Shown: in pieces, positions 45,148 through 54,600 of the stretch
Layout: each line of letters opens with the position of its first letter
Position numbering within the stretch: position 1 is the stretch's first letter
Source of the DNA: a phage
Direction: 5' to 3' (one strand)
Assembly (NCBI GenBank): GCA_028522875.1
Contig: GCA_028522875.1_3659.1
Length of the DNA: 64,000 nt
The notes under the pieces: model-generated
Databases searched by the model: none
Told to the model about the DNA's origin: nothing
What the model saw: the letters and a program-made list of their open reading frames with translations, nothing else
Program-made: the position numbers and the translations under genes

Positions 45148-46638
45148 GTGGCTAAGTATGGATTGACAGAGGCTGGTTTCGTTATACCAACCCTAAATGA
45201 CCTAATCGTTGAAACTAAGCAAAGCCTGATCCGTGCTTTTGGCGAAAACTTCAACGTACAGAGTAACTCCGTTGCAGATAAGCTGACCACTATCTTCAAC
45301 GAGCGAGAGTATCAACTTATTCTTATGGCAGCATCTGTATACGCATCACAGACGCTGTATGGGGCAGAAGGTATTTACCTAGACGAACTTCTTGGAAGAC
45401 AAGGTATTTACCGAAGAGGCCGTTCTAAATCATCAGGTACCTGCCAGTTGACGATCAACACAACTGTGCCGTACAATATGATTTATGATTCCAAAACTTA
45501 TACGCTGGATAGTGGCAACTTTGTTCTTAGCAATGATGTGCAAGTGGCAGGGAATCTTATTGCCCACAGAATAAATGCTCCAGACCTAAGGATTGGTAAA
45601 TACAACTTTCAAATTACCAACCAGACAGATGGAAGTATCAAAACAAAAAGTTTGGTTTTAACAGATAAGGCTCTGGACTCTTCTGATCTGCCAAGCTTTT
45701 ACGGAGAGATTAAGCAATTCATTGTCGATAATACAACCCTGTTGAACGACGATTTGATTCAGATCGATATGTTGACAGGAACGTTGTGGATAGGGTACAA
45801 TTCGAATCTTGATCAAGTTGGACTTAATAGTAGGGTAGATTTCAGAGTATCCCCGATTGTAGGGGAAAGAACCATCACCCTGGATGTTATCGCTAACGAG
45901 GCTGGTGAGCTGTCAAGAGAGGCAGAAACCGTGACAACAATGTCACCTACTCCCAGTGGATTTATCAAGCTTACCAACCGCGAAAGATTCAACGAGGGCA
46001 GGGATGTTGAGAAAGATTCCGAGTATCGCTTAAGAGCTTCCAGCACTAAACAGTTAACATCGAAGGCTACCCGTCCTGCAATCCTTAGCGCGGTAAGCGA
46101 GGTGAAAGGTGTTGAGAAAGTGAGAGTGTTCTCCAACAACACCGATAAAACTGATGCTAAAGGTATACCTCCTTACAAGTTCCAAGTGGTTGTGTTTGGT
46201 GGTGCAACGGAGGACATTTGCCAAGCACTTTACCAAACTATAGCCTGTACGAACAGAACTTATGGTAATATTTTCTACGATGTAACTACATCTGACGGTC
46301 AAACTGAAAGAATTTATTATTCCAAGGCAAATACCTACCGCCTGGATGTAAGAATTACCTACTCAGGTGCTGCGCTTTCCACAACCGAAAAAGATGCCAT
46401 TGTAGAGGCTCTTTTGCAGGTTGTTAACGGACTGGATGTTGCAGATACGTTGTACAATATCCAATTGGTTGGTGCTGCATCTGCTGCTGTGTCGATAGGT
46501 AGATTTAATAGACTGGTAATTCAAGTTAAACCTGTGGGGGCTTCTGATGAAGCTTACACTGCAAACGATATTGTTGCAAACATGACCGAGGTGTTTGACC
46601 TCGATGAAAGTAATATAACTTTCCAACAAACTATTTAA
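45148..46638 (+). CDS. putative baseplate wedge protein (baseplate J-like)
   Basis: 496 aa; GTG start behind GGAGGAG; N-terminal pattern GAEGIYLDELLGRQGIYRRGRSKSSG reminiscent of baseplate J family; weak. Confidence 0.4.
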   Translation: MAKYGLTEAGFVIPTLNDLIVETKQSLIRAFGENFNVQSNSVADKLTTIFNEREYQLILMAASVYASQTLYGAEGIYLDELLGRQGIYRRGRSKSSGTCQLTINTTVPYNMIYDSKTYTLDSGNFVLSNDVQVAGNLIAHRINAPDLRIGKYNFQITNQTDGSIKTKSLVLTDKALDSSDLPSFYGEIKQFIVDNTTLLNDDLIQIDMLTGTLWIGYNSNLDQVGLNSRVDFRVSPIVGERTITLDVIANEAGELSREAETVTTMSPTPSGFIKLTNRERFNEGRDVEKDSEYRLRASSTKQLTSKATRPAILSAVSEVKGVEKVRVFSNNTDKTDAKGIPPYKFQVVVFGGATEDICQALYQTIACTNRTYGNIFYDVTTSDGQTERIYYSKANTYRLDVRITYSGAALSTTEKDAIVEALLQVVNGLDVADTLYNIQLVGAASAAVSIGRFNRLVIQVKPVGASDEAYTANDIVANMTEVFDLDESNITFQQTI

Positions 46639-46649
46639 GGCGGCGAGAT

Positions 46650-47336
46650 ATGGCAGAGATTAAGTCGGATGTTAACCACATCCACACTCTGCCAGATTTT
46701 GTTCAGGGAGGTCTTGACTACCTGCCTGGAGATTTTCTGGCTGAGAAGGTTAATTTAGTCACATTCTTAACCGTGTACCTTAAAAGGTTGGAGGATGTTG
46801 ATAAGATGCTGGTAGGTTTGGCTGAAGGAAGATTGCTTAATAATGCCAGCGGAAGATACCTTGACGAAGTTGGTAATCAACTCGGTATTCTTAGGAATGG
46901 ACTTTCAGATGCTGATTTTCGTGCCACACTAATTATTCAGCAGGCCGCAGCATCAAGGGGCGGGACTCGCGAAGATGTCATCTCCACCTTGCGACAATTG
47001 TTCGGAAGAAACAATTTCGATACGTGGAAAGGAGACAACTTCAGGTTTGACATAAATATTAGAAAAACTTGCTTTGACATATTGCAGTCTATTGATCAGA
47101 TCTTAGACATGCTACCACTGCCTTGTCATTTGCGTCTTACAGAATCGCAAGGGCAAGCTTTTGGTTTTGAAGGTGACTCTACAGCTCTTGGCTTCGGATC
47201 AGTGTGGGAAGAAAACCAATCCGGAGTTGGTGGGCTGGCTACTTTGCTGTATGTTCCTGACGTAAGACCTGATTGGGACACCACAACCATTTATTGTGAA
47301 AGTATTACAGTAAACGCAACTAGACAGGAGGGTTAA
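46650..47336 (+). CDS. putative baseplate protein (228 aa)
   Basis: Position after J-like gene; overlapping stop/start with next gene. Confidence 0.35.
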   Translation: MAEIKSDVNHIHTLPDFVQGGLDYLPGDFLAEKVNLVTFLTVYLKRLEDVDKMLVGLAEGRLLNNASGRYLDEVGNQLGILRNGLSDADFRATLIIQQAAASRGGTREDVISTLRQLFGRNNFDTWKGDNFRFDINIRKTCFDILQSIDQILDMLPLPCHLRLTESQGQAFGFEGDSTALGFGSVWEENQSGVGGLATLLYVPDVRPDWDTTTIYCESITVNATRQEG

Positions 47337-49408
47337 TGGCAACAGCTGTTTTTAAACCTTACCGTGATTACTCTACAATGGCTGCACGGTTTCATTACCG
47401 CACAGTTCAGGATACTGCCGTTCCTGGTAGGGATTATGATCATGTTGAGGGCGATATAACTATCCCAGTTGGGGCAACCAGTATTGAAATCCCAGTGGAA
47501 ATTGTTGACAAATTACCCAACAGGTTACCAAGAAGCTTCTTTATGGAGTTTTCATCAAAATCTCAAGGGGTGATGATTGGGACACAAAGGGCGAAATGTA
47601 CAATAGTTTCAGATGAGAATCTTGACAGAATATCTTGGGATACTGTCGAGGAGAGAATGTTTCACCCAAGATATTGGGTTACAACCACTCAGCAGACTGA
47701 AAGTACCTGTATTGTTGCAGATGACAACTGTTGTATTAACCGTTTAGTGTCAAGAACATATGGAGGTATGGCTGGGTGCATTTGGGAAACAGTTGACAAG
47801 TATGACCATTTCGGTATTGGGTTTGATGATCACTATGAGATGAGAAACACCAAGCTTTGGTTCAGAATGTCAATAACCAATGCCAGCAACTTCTCCACTC
47901 CTGAAAAGATGATTATGACTGTAGACCTTGTTGATGGTACAATCATCTATGTTCCTTTAGCTCAATATGCTGTCAGCATCTCAGAGGATAAGAATGTTGC
48001 AGAGATTCATATTGATTTCGAGGACTGCGTCGGGATGGATCAGAACAACAACATGATGGGTGTTGATCCTCGACAGGTGAGAAGAATTTTAATACCGCTC
48101 ATGCCTAAAGACTGGGTAAGTAATAGCACAGACCCGAGAACGGAAAATGTAGAGTGTGAGTTGCGCCTAGATCTGCTTCAGCCAGACACGGGCTGGAAAA
48201 TGATGCAACTTAACAATATTCAGGTTAAAGAGCACGACGTTGGGATCTGCACCGCATATGACGATATGTGGAACGTATCTCCTTTAAGGGTGTTGAACAA
48301 TATCAAGCGTCTGGGCTATACCGGAACCATAAACCATTATGTTGGTATGAGTCATTATTATGACTACACATGGTCAGGAACCCAATGGTCTATAAACAGA
48401 ACAGGGGCGCTAAACGCTGCAGCTTATAAATGGCATGATGATTTTATGTACAATGCCAAACGACATAACTTCGACGTTATGCAGTCTGTAAGTTTTGAGC
48501 TTTACAGCGATGCCTGCCCGTTGGAATGGACCCAAAGAGACTGGAATGATAACTACGCTAAAACAGGATATACACCTTGTAGCTACCTCCTGTCTCCAAC
48601 CATTGAAGAGGGTATGAATTTCCTTACTGCAGTATTTAAGAATTTTGCATCAGCCGCTATGAGAAACAACCTGCCAGTGATTATGCAGGTTGGTGAACCG
48701 TGGTGGTGGTTCAATACCGATACTCGTAGACCTTGTATTTATGATTACCCTACAAAACAGGCGTTTTATGATGAGACAGGCGAGTATGCCTTAGATATTG
48801 GGACTATTGACGATCCTAAAACTGGCGGTGTTTACGACAAGTATGTAGCATTTTGTCGTGGTAAGCTTGGCGCTCGTATTGCGGCTATTTCAAAGGCAAT
48901 AAAGGCACACGCTGCATCAGCTCAGATGACAGCTCTGCTGTTTTTCCCAACCATTATGGAAACCGAGCTTACGCAAAAGCTGAACCTTGCTGACCAATAT
49001 AAAAAAGAAGCAGGTGCTCTTGATTTCTTCTGCACTGAGTGTTACGATTGGGTGATGCAGGGAGGTATTGAAAAGGCAAAAGAGTCTGTAAACATACCTA
49101 TCGTTAAGTTAGGTTGGCAACCGTCTGAAATACAATACCTTGCAGGGTTCGTTCCTAGTAAAGAGCTTGCTCCGGTATATGGATACGACCCAACCAGGAA
49201 TTACCAAGAATTTTTATGGAGATGTATTTGCGGAAACATGGCAACTATAGAGTATAGATACCCTGAGGTAAAACAGTATGTGTGGGCATACCCGCAAGTA
49301 ATGTCTGACAGCATCACTGTTACCGCTAGAGATTCTACCGTGCTTCATATGGGGCAGGTTGCTCTGAAAGGGTATGTAGAGGATGTTGTCCCGCCAGACT
49401 TCTCATAA
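47336..49408 (+). CDS. putative tail fibre/baseplate-attached protein (690 aa)
   Basis: CAGGAGGG RBS; Cys/Trp-rich; position. Confidence 0.35.
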   Translation: MATAVFKPYRDYSTMAARFHYRTVQDTAVPGRDYDHVEGDITIPVGATSIEIPVEIVDKLPNRLPRSFFMEFSSKSQGVMIGTQRAKCTIVSDENLDRISWDTVEERMFHPRYWVTTTQQTESTCIVADDNCCINRLVSRTYGGMAGCIWETVDKYDHFGIGFDDHYEMRNTKLWFRMSITNASNFSTPEKMIMTVDLVDGTIIYVPLAQYAVSISEDKNVAEIHIDFEDCVGMDQNNNMMGVDPRQVRRILIPLMPKDWVSNSTDPRTENVECELRLDLLQPDTGWKMMQLNNIQVKEHDVGICTAYDDMWNVSPLRVLNNIKRLGYTGTINHYVGMSHYYDYTWSGTQWSINRTGALNAAAYKWHDDFMYNAKRHNFDVMQSVSFELYSDACPLEWTQRDWNDNYAKTGYTPCSYLLSPTIEEGMNFLTAVFKNFASAAMRNNLPVIMQVGEPWWWFNTDTRRPCIYDYPTKQAFYDETGEYALDIGTIDDPKTGGVYDKYVAFCRGKLGARIAAISKAIKAHAASAQMTALLFFPTIMETELTQKLNLADQYKKEAGALDFFCTECYDWVMQGGIEKAKESVNIPIVKLGWQPSEIQYLAGFVPSKELAPVYGYDPTRNYQEFLWRCICGNMATIEYRYPEVKQYVWAYPQVMSDSITVTARDSTVLHMGQVALKGYVEDVVPPDFS

Positions 49409-49420
49409 TCAGGAGATAAA

Positions 49421-50461
49421 ATGTCAAAACCTAGTTTTCCATTAGAGATTTGGGCAGAGGAGGATCAGGTTCTGCCTAACACCCACAGACAGAACAGGCT
49501 ACGCCCGATTGATGATTTGTGGAGAAAAGGTTGGGATCTTGGTCAAAAGCCCTCATGTGAAGAACTTAACTATATTTTCAATATGCTCGGAACTTGGGCA
49601 AAATACATTGCTGACGAGCAGATCCCCGCTCAAGAAGGCCGTTATCTGGTACGTGATAATAACTTGAGTGATCTTTTGAACATTCCTGTTGCCCGTAGAA
49701 ACCTTGGGATTATTACTAAGGAAGAAGCAGACGCCAGGTATGTAAAAGTTACAGGTGATACAATGACAGGCCCGTTGGGTTTGCAACGTATCAACTTTAA
49801 AGCTGCCGAGACAGATAAGGCTTGGATAGAGACAACTATTGGCCCAGATAAGACAACTCTCGACTTTGGGCTAAGTGATAATACTGGGTCGTTTGATGAT
49901 GGTGGTACATCTACAGTAGATGCGTTTCGTTGGAGATTCCAGCCAACTCAGCCGGATATTAATCCAGAGTTCACTTTGATGTACCTTAACGCGATCACGG
50001 CTAACCGTGCGCTGTTGAAAGTGGTCGGCAATGTTGAAGTTGTCGATAACATGAGGTGCAATAACCTTACTATCAGCAATACAGCAACATTCACCAACTG
50101 TAATGTGGCTAGTCAGTTGACGACTGGGTCAGTGTATGTTAATGGAGGTGCAAGTTGTGACAGTATGGTTGTAAGAAGTCAGCACTGTGTTGTCGGTAAC
50201 AGAAATGTGGTGCGCTCTGTGAATGGAGTGACGGCTAACGGTAACGGTGATGTAACAATCACTATCCCGCAGACAGGTGTGCAAGACATCAGAATCGGTG
50301 CAAGACTTGTTGACGGCGTTTCCGAATCTCCAATTCGCAACGGCTACGTTGTCACAGGCTGGCATTTCGGTGACAAAAAAGAGATGCGTGGTTCAACCTA
50401 CTGGGCAGGACCTTTACAAAAACTTGTAAACGGTCAATGGATCACTGTTAATTATGCATAG
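49421..50461 (+). CDS. tail fibre protein, paralog A (346 aa)
   Basis: KVTGDTMTGPL fibre motif; N- and C-termini (…YWAGPLQKLVNGQWITVNYA) homologous to ORF 51476. Confidence 0.55.
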   Translation: MSKPSFPLEIWAEEDQVLPNTHRQNRLRPIDDLWRKGWDLGQKPSCEELNYIFNMLGTWAKYIADEQIPAQEGRYLVRDNNLSDLLNIPVARRNLGIITKEEADARYVKVTGDTMTGPLGLQRINFKAAETDKAWIETTIGPDKTTLDFGLSDNTGSFDDGGTSTVDAFRWRFQPTQPDINPEFTLMYLNAITANRALLKVVGNVEVVDNMRCNNLTISNTATFTNCNVASQLTTGSVYVNGGASCDSMVVRSQHCVVGNRNVVRSVNGVTANGNGDVTITIPQTGVQDIRIGARLVDGVSESPIRNGYVVTGWHFGDKKEMRGSTYWAGPLQKLVNGQWITVNYA

Positions 50462-50475
50462 ATCGGAGGACTAGC

Positions 50476-51060
50476 ATGAAAATACTTCAAGAGTTTAAAC
50501 TTTACCAACCGGGATCTGGCGAATACCACTCCAACAAGGAAACCAAGGAGCTGACCCCTCAAGAGGTTGAGGATTACACCGCATACACTGGGTATTTTTT
50601 ACGTAATGATGATGGCGATTGGTATGTGCAGTCACGAACATTACGACAAGAAAATCCGGGTTGTATCTTCCTACTTGTTGACGAGAAGGGAATTCTTAAG
50701 ACATCTACAGAAGAACCTGATGCCTTATGGCCTGCTCCAGGTCTTCGTGTGGTTATCGCCAAAAAAGAAGAGGTACCAGAAAACATTATGCTTCACCACG
50801 ACGCTTTGCGTTTAGTTGGTGATGAATTTGTCACAGATAATGAATTCTTTGTTCAACAGGCAGAGGGTGTCATAGAGACAGAACTTGCTTGGGCTACTGC
50901 TAGAATTGGTGCCTATCAAGACATGATTGACCTTGAATATGATCTTACTGATGACCAGAAACGTAACATCAGAGATTTGAAAATGTACAGGGTAAAACTT
51001 CTTGAAATAGATACATCTAAAGCCCCTGACATTTTCTTCCCGGAGCGACCTACCCTCTAA
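50476..51060 (+). CDS. possible tail fibre assembly/accessory protein (194 aa)
   Basis: Sits between paralogous fibre genes; GGAGGA RBS; no motif. Confidence 0.3.
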   Translation: MKILQEFKLYQPGSGEYHSNKETKELTPQEVEDYTAYTGYFLRNDDGDWYVQSRTLRQENPGCIFLLVDEKGILKTSTEEPDALWPAPGLRVVIAKKEEVPENIMLHHDALRLVGDEFVTDNEFFVQQAEGVIETELAWATARIGAYQDMIDLEYDLTDDQKRNIRDLKMYRVKLLEIDTSKAPDIFFPERPTL

Positions 51061-51071
51061 GAGGAGGTGTT

Positions 51072-51386
51072 GTGGAGTTGGATTTGGCGGCATTGTACGG
51101 TATCTGCATGGGTACCGTTGTCCCGATCTGTGTATGGGCTTTCAACCAGTGGCACACCAAATGGAAAGGCATTTCCAAGAGGTTAGATGAACTGGAGAAA
51201 GACCTCATCTTAGTGAAAAACAGTATGGTTACAAAAGATAAACTTGATTCCGTTATCGAGACCCGGTTAAGCAAGCTAGAGGCCGATATTAACGACCTTA
51301 AGCAGGATGTCAGGACAGATGTCTCCGGTATCCGAGCTGATGTACAAAAGATTTTGCACATGCTCGTAGAGCATAGTAAAAGGTAA
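51072..51386 (+). CDS. single-TMD coiled-coil membrane protein (104 aa); holin/lysis-regulator candidate
   Basis: GTG start behind AAGAGGAGG; N-terminal TM helix LAALYGICMGTVVPICVWAF then charged helical region. Confidence 0.3.
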   Translation: MELDLAALYGICMGTVVPICVWAFNQWHTKWKGISKRLDELEKDLILVKNSMVTKDKLDSVIETRLSKLEADINDLKQDVRTDVSGIRADVQKILHMLVEHSKR

Positions 51387-51416
51387 ACAAAGGTCAGAAC
51401 GGAAAGGACTCCGTTC

Positions 51417-51444
51417 TTGCATTTTGTTCTCTAAAGTGTTAAAA
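51417..51444 (+). promoter_or_regulatory. promoter TTGCAT-N16-TAAAAT with TGt extended -10, overlapping upstream hairpin
   Basis: Hairpin GAACGGA-AAGGAC-TCCGTTC (51397-51416) followed by -35 TTGCAT 51417-51422, -10 TAAAAT 51439-51444. Confidence 0.45.
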
Positions 51445-51475
51445 TAGTCCTAAGGAATTTTCTCAGGAGAACGCG

Positions 51476-52519
51476 ATGACTAAACCAGTTATCCCTCTTG
51501 ATATTTGGGCCAATCAGGATGTTGTGCTTGAAAATACGGGAGAGTTGAATAAGTCTCAACCAAAAAAAGAAGAGAGATTGAAAGGTTGGGATATGACACA
51601 AAGAGTGGCATGTGAAGTTGTTAACTTTGAACTTCACATGCTTTCTGCGTGGTTAAAGCATCTAACAGAAGATGTTGTCCCAGGATGGGATAATAGATTC
51701 TTAAGGGTCACTAATAATCTAGCAGACGTTCCAGACAAAGCTGCTGCACGTCAAGTTCTCAATGTATACTCGCCTGAAGAAATGGACGATTTGTATGTTG
51801 ACAAGTCTGGAGACATAATGACTCAGACTCAAACTTTAGGCCTTCAAAGAATCGAGTTTGCATCTGCGTCAACAGACAATGCGGCAATATATACCACCAT
51901 AACCTCAGACAAGACGATGATGGATTTCTGGATTATGGACAACATCGGTGGTGCTGACGGCACAGATCTTGATGATCCTTCTCACCAAATAGACGGGTTC
52001 CGTTGGAGATTTCAGCCTTCTGGTGGGCAGCCTGTGTTTTCGGCTATGAAGCTCAATGCTATAACTGCCAACCGTGCAAGACTGGCTATCCAAGGAAATC
52101 TTGAATGCAACGATGCAAAAAGTTCCTCTGCAAATGCCAATGCAGTTACTATACCAAGAGCCACTGTTAATGGACAACAATCCTGCGGAAGCGCTCAAAT
52201 AGGTGGAAGAGTTGATTGTAACGATGAAACCGTCAGGGGCCAATATGCAACAGTTGGTGGAAGAAACGTGGTCCGCAGGGTAAATGGTAACGGCGCAGAC
52301 AGTAGTGGTAACCTTACTATTCCTATGCCTAGCAGAGGGGTTGATGATGTAAGGATAGCAAACCGTTTCAAAACCACCTACAGAGAGTCAAGAGTCTACC
52401 CTGGACATGTGATGTGCTCTGGTAACTACGCTTATAAACACCCTTATCAAGGTGACTACTGGACAGGTGCTATCCAAAAACTTGTAAATGGTCAATGGAT
52501 CACTATATCTTATGCTTAA
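51476..52519 (+). CDS. tail fibre protein, paralog B (347 aa)
   Basis: Homologous to ORF 49421 at N-terminus (PLDIWANQD...RLKGWD), middle (DGFRWRFQP...LNAITANRA) and C-terminus (YWTGAIQKLVNGQWITISYA); central region divergent. Confidence 0.55.
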   Translation: MTKPVIPLDIWANQDVVLENTGELNKSQPKKEERLKGWDMTQRVACEVVNFELHMLSAWLKHLTEDVVPGWDNRFLRVTNNLADVPDKAAARQVLNVYSPEEMDDLYVDKSGDIMTQTQTLGLQRIEFASASTDNAAIYTTITSDKTMMDFWIMDNIGGADGTDLDDPSHQIDGFRWRFQPSGGQPVFSAMKLNAITANRARLAIQGNLECNDAKSSSANANAVTIPRATVNGQQSCGSAQIGGRVDCNDETVRGQYATVGGRNVVRRVNGNGADSSGNLTIPMPSRGVDDVRIANRFKTTYRESRVYPGHVMCSGNYAYKHPYQGDYWTGAIQKLVNGQWITISYA

Positions 52520-52530
52520 AAAGAGGGTAA

Positions 52531-52797
52531 ATGAAACTAACTCAGTTTTTATGGGGACTGGTTGCGGCATCTGATGACCCTACGAAAGTATCCCAATCTA
52601 AGCTATGGTCGAACATAGGCATGGCGGTGATGACTGGGGTGTTTATTCATATGGGGTATAATGATACGCTTCCTGAATGGTATGCGTGGATATATGCACC
52701 TTCAGTAGCCTGCCCCCAGCTTATTAGCAAATTCATCTCGCTCCGGTGGGGTTGCCAGCACCCTGACCACGTTAAAAACGAAGAGCAAAAAGCTTAA
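52531..52797 (+). CDS. small hydrophobic protein (88 aa); holin candidate
   Basis: Two to three hydrophobic segments (FLWGLVAA, NIGMAVMTGVFIHMGY, WYAWIYAPSVA); AAGAGGG RBS. Confidence 0.25.
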   Translation: MKLTQFLWGLVAASDDPTKVSQSKLWSNIGMAVMTGVFIHMGYNDTLPEWYAWIYAPSVACPQLISKFISLRWGCQHPDHVKNEEQKA

Positions 52798-52806
52798 GGA
52801 GAAATC

Positions 52807-54552
52807 ATGGCGCAAGACATGACAAGCTTTGAGCAGGCGGTAGATCAAGTAATTGTTGATTCTGAACGTTTGCACCTGATTGTCAACGGTAACGCTGTGG
52901 ATGAAGTTGTCGTAGAGGATGGGACCACCATCCCTACGGTACGAAAAGCCATGCTTGACACCCTTTATTTTAAAACGCCGCCGATCCCTTGGGCGTATGG
53001 TGCATCCACAACAGTTTTTAACCAGCTATATGAGTTTAAAGGGGACACAGGCCCTCAGTGGTGGTACGCTCCCGCAGCATCAAAATCTAACCCGGTTAGA
53101 ATGCCAGCAGATCCTTCACAATCTCCAAACTGGAGATTATATACCGACTCTGCAGTAATGGCAAAATACTACGCAAAACTTAACAGCCCAAGGTTCGAAG
53201 GTGACCCGCGAGTACCTACGCCTCCAATGGACGATAAGTCTGAGTCTATAGCAAACACAGAGTTTGTTGTTGACTATGTAGATAGCATATTTGAAGCTAT
53301 GGAGGGGATGAAGGTTACTGTAGGGTCTTTGGTGGTAAAAGGTCTTACAGAACTTGCTAACACCATAGTTGGTGGCACCCTTACCTTACATGGACCTGTT
53401 AATGGGGCAGATTCTACTGCACGCTTTAGGAATCTAATCCTCACGGCAAATACTTCTACACTTACTTTTGCGTGGAGCGATCCTAAGCATGCAGACTGGA
53501 GAAGTACAGAGCTGCAACCTCATGAAGTGTCCACCCACAGGGTTATAGCTGACACTATAACTTCTGGGAAACCAGTGGCTAATAATAACGATGTGCATTT
53601 TGATGGTCTGGGTAATAACTTTTTTGACTACGTGTACATTCGTGGTAATGCCATGAAGGCAGCAACCGAACCGACATTGCAGGTCGATGGGACCACCAGG
53701 GTTAAGAACCTTGAGGTGACAGGTACCGTTACAGGGATAACATACTCTGTCGATGGCACCATGATCTACCCTAGCTATATTGAAAGCACGGGTGATGCAC
53801 TGATAAATGGCGATTTGGAGGTTGGCGGGTCTGTAGTTATTCGAGGTACAGCCTCTATCCAAAATATATCTCTGAATACTCTAAGAGTCAATGAGCGTGC
53901 AACTTTTGAAGGAGAAGGGCTTACAGCCAATAAAGGTACAATTACCGAGCTGACCGCCACCACTTTAACTGCAACAACTGCAAACTCTGAAAACTGCAAC
54001 ATTACCAGAAACTTGCAGGTAAATGGAGATGTCAGTTTAAACGCCTCAGGGACTGGCACCACCTACCTTCACAATCTTGAAATATCCGGCACAGTGACCG
54101 GGTGGCTGCCAGACTTCTCTAATGTCAACTTTGTCTGTAATGGCATTAACTCCAGTGGTAAGATAACCACCTCTCAAGAAATTGAGGCTGGTAAAACCAT
54201 CACTGCCCCTACTTTCCACGCAGGGAAGGTAGATTTCGATTTAGAGGAGGTTGACGCGTCCAGTGGGACATGGACACCTAACGGGCAGGCCAGTATGTAT
54301 GTTGTCCACGCTAAAGGGGATTTTACAATAGGGCAGTGGCCTGGAACATCAGCGGAAGATAAACCTTATCCATTCACTGCAGTTATCTATGTAATTCAGG
54401 ATGCTGTAGGTCACAACGTGACTCTGCACGATAAGTATGCTATCCTGTCGGCAACACCTGTTATTAACAACAAGGCTAACAGTGTTACCTTGCTGCAATT
54501 GACGTATTGTGGTGTTGGTGATATCGTAGACGTAGTAATTGCACAACGTTAA
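52807..54552 (+). CDS. tail fibre/spike protein (581 aa)
   Basis: AAGGAGAAA RBS; beta-rich Thr/Gly/Asn-rich repeats (TELTATTLTATTANSENCNITRNLQVNGD). Confidence 0.45.
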   Translation: MAQDMTSFEQAVDQVIVDSERLHLIVNGNAVDEVVVEDGTTIPTVRKAMLDTLYFKTPPIPWAYGASTTVFNQLYEFKGDTGPQWWYAPAASKSNPVRMPADPSQSPNWRLYTDSAVMAKYYAKLNSPRFEGDPRVPTPPMDDKSESIANTEFVVDYVDSIFEAMEGMKVTVGSLVVKGLTELANTIVGGTLTLHGPVNGADSTARFRNLILTANTSTLTFAWSDPKHADWRSTELQPHEVSTHRVIADTITSGKPVANNNDVHFDGLGNNFFDYVYIRGNAMKAATEPTLQVDGTTRVKNLEVTGTVTGITYSVDGTMIYPSYIESTGDALINGDLEVGGSVVIRGTASIQNISLNTLRVNERATFEGEGLTANKGTITELTATTLTATTANSENCNITRNLQVNGDVSLNASGTGTTYLHNLEISGTVTGWLPDFSNVNFVCNGINSSGKITTSQEIEAGKTITAPTFHAGKVDFDLEEVDASSGTWTPNGQASMYVVHAKGDFTIGQWPGTSAEDKPYPFTAVIYVIQDAVGHNVTLHDKYAILSATPVINNKANSVTLLQLTYCGVGDIVDVVIAQR

Positions 54553-54560
54553 TATATCTA

Positions 54561-54586
54561 ACCGCTCCTGACGGGGCGGTTTTCTT
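54561..54586 (+). terminator. intrinsic terminator
   Basis: ACCGCTCC-TGAC-GGGGCGGT followed by TTTTC. Confidence 0.55.
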
Positions 54587-54600
54587 ATCTGGAGAACACA

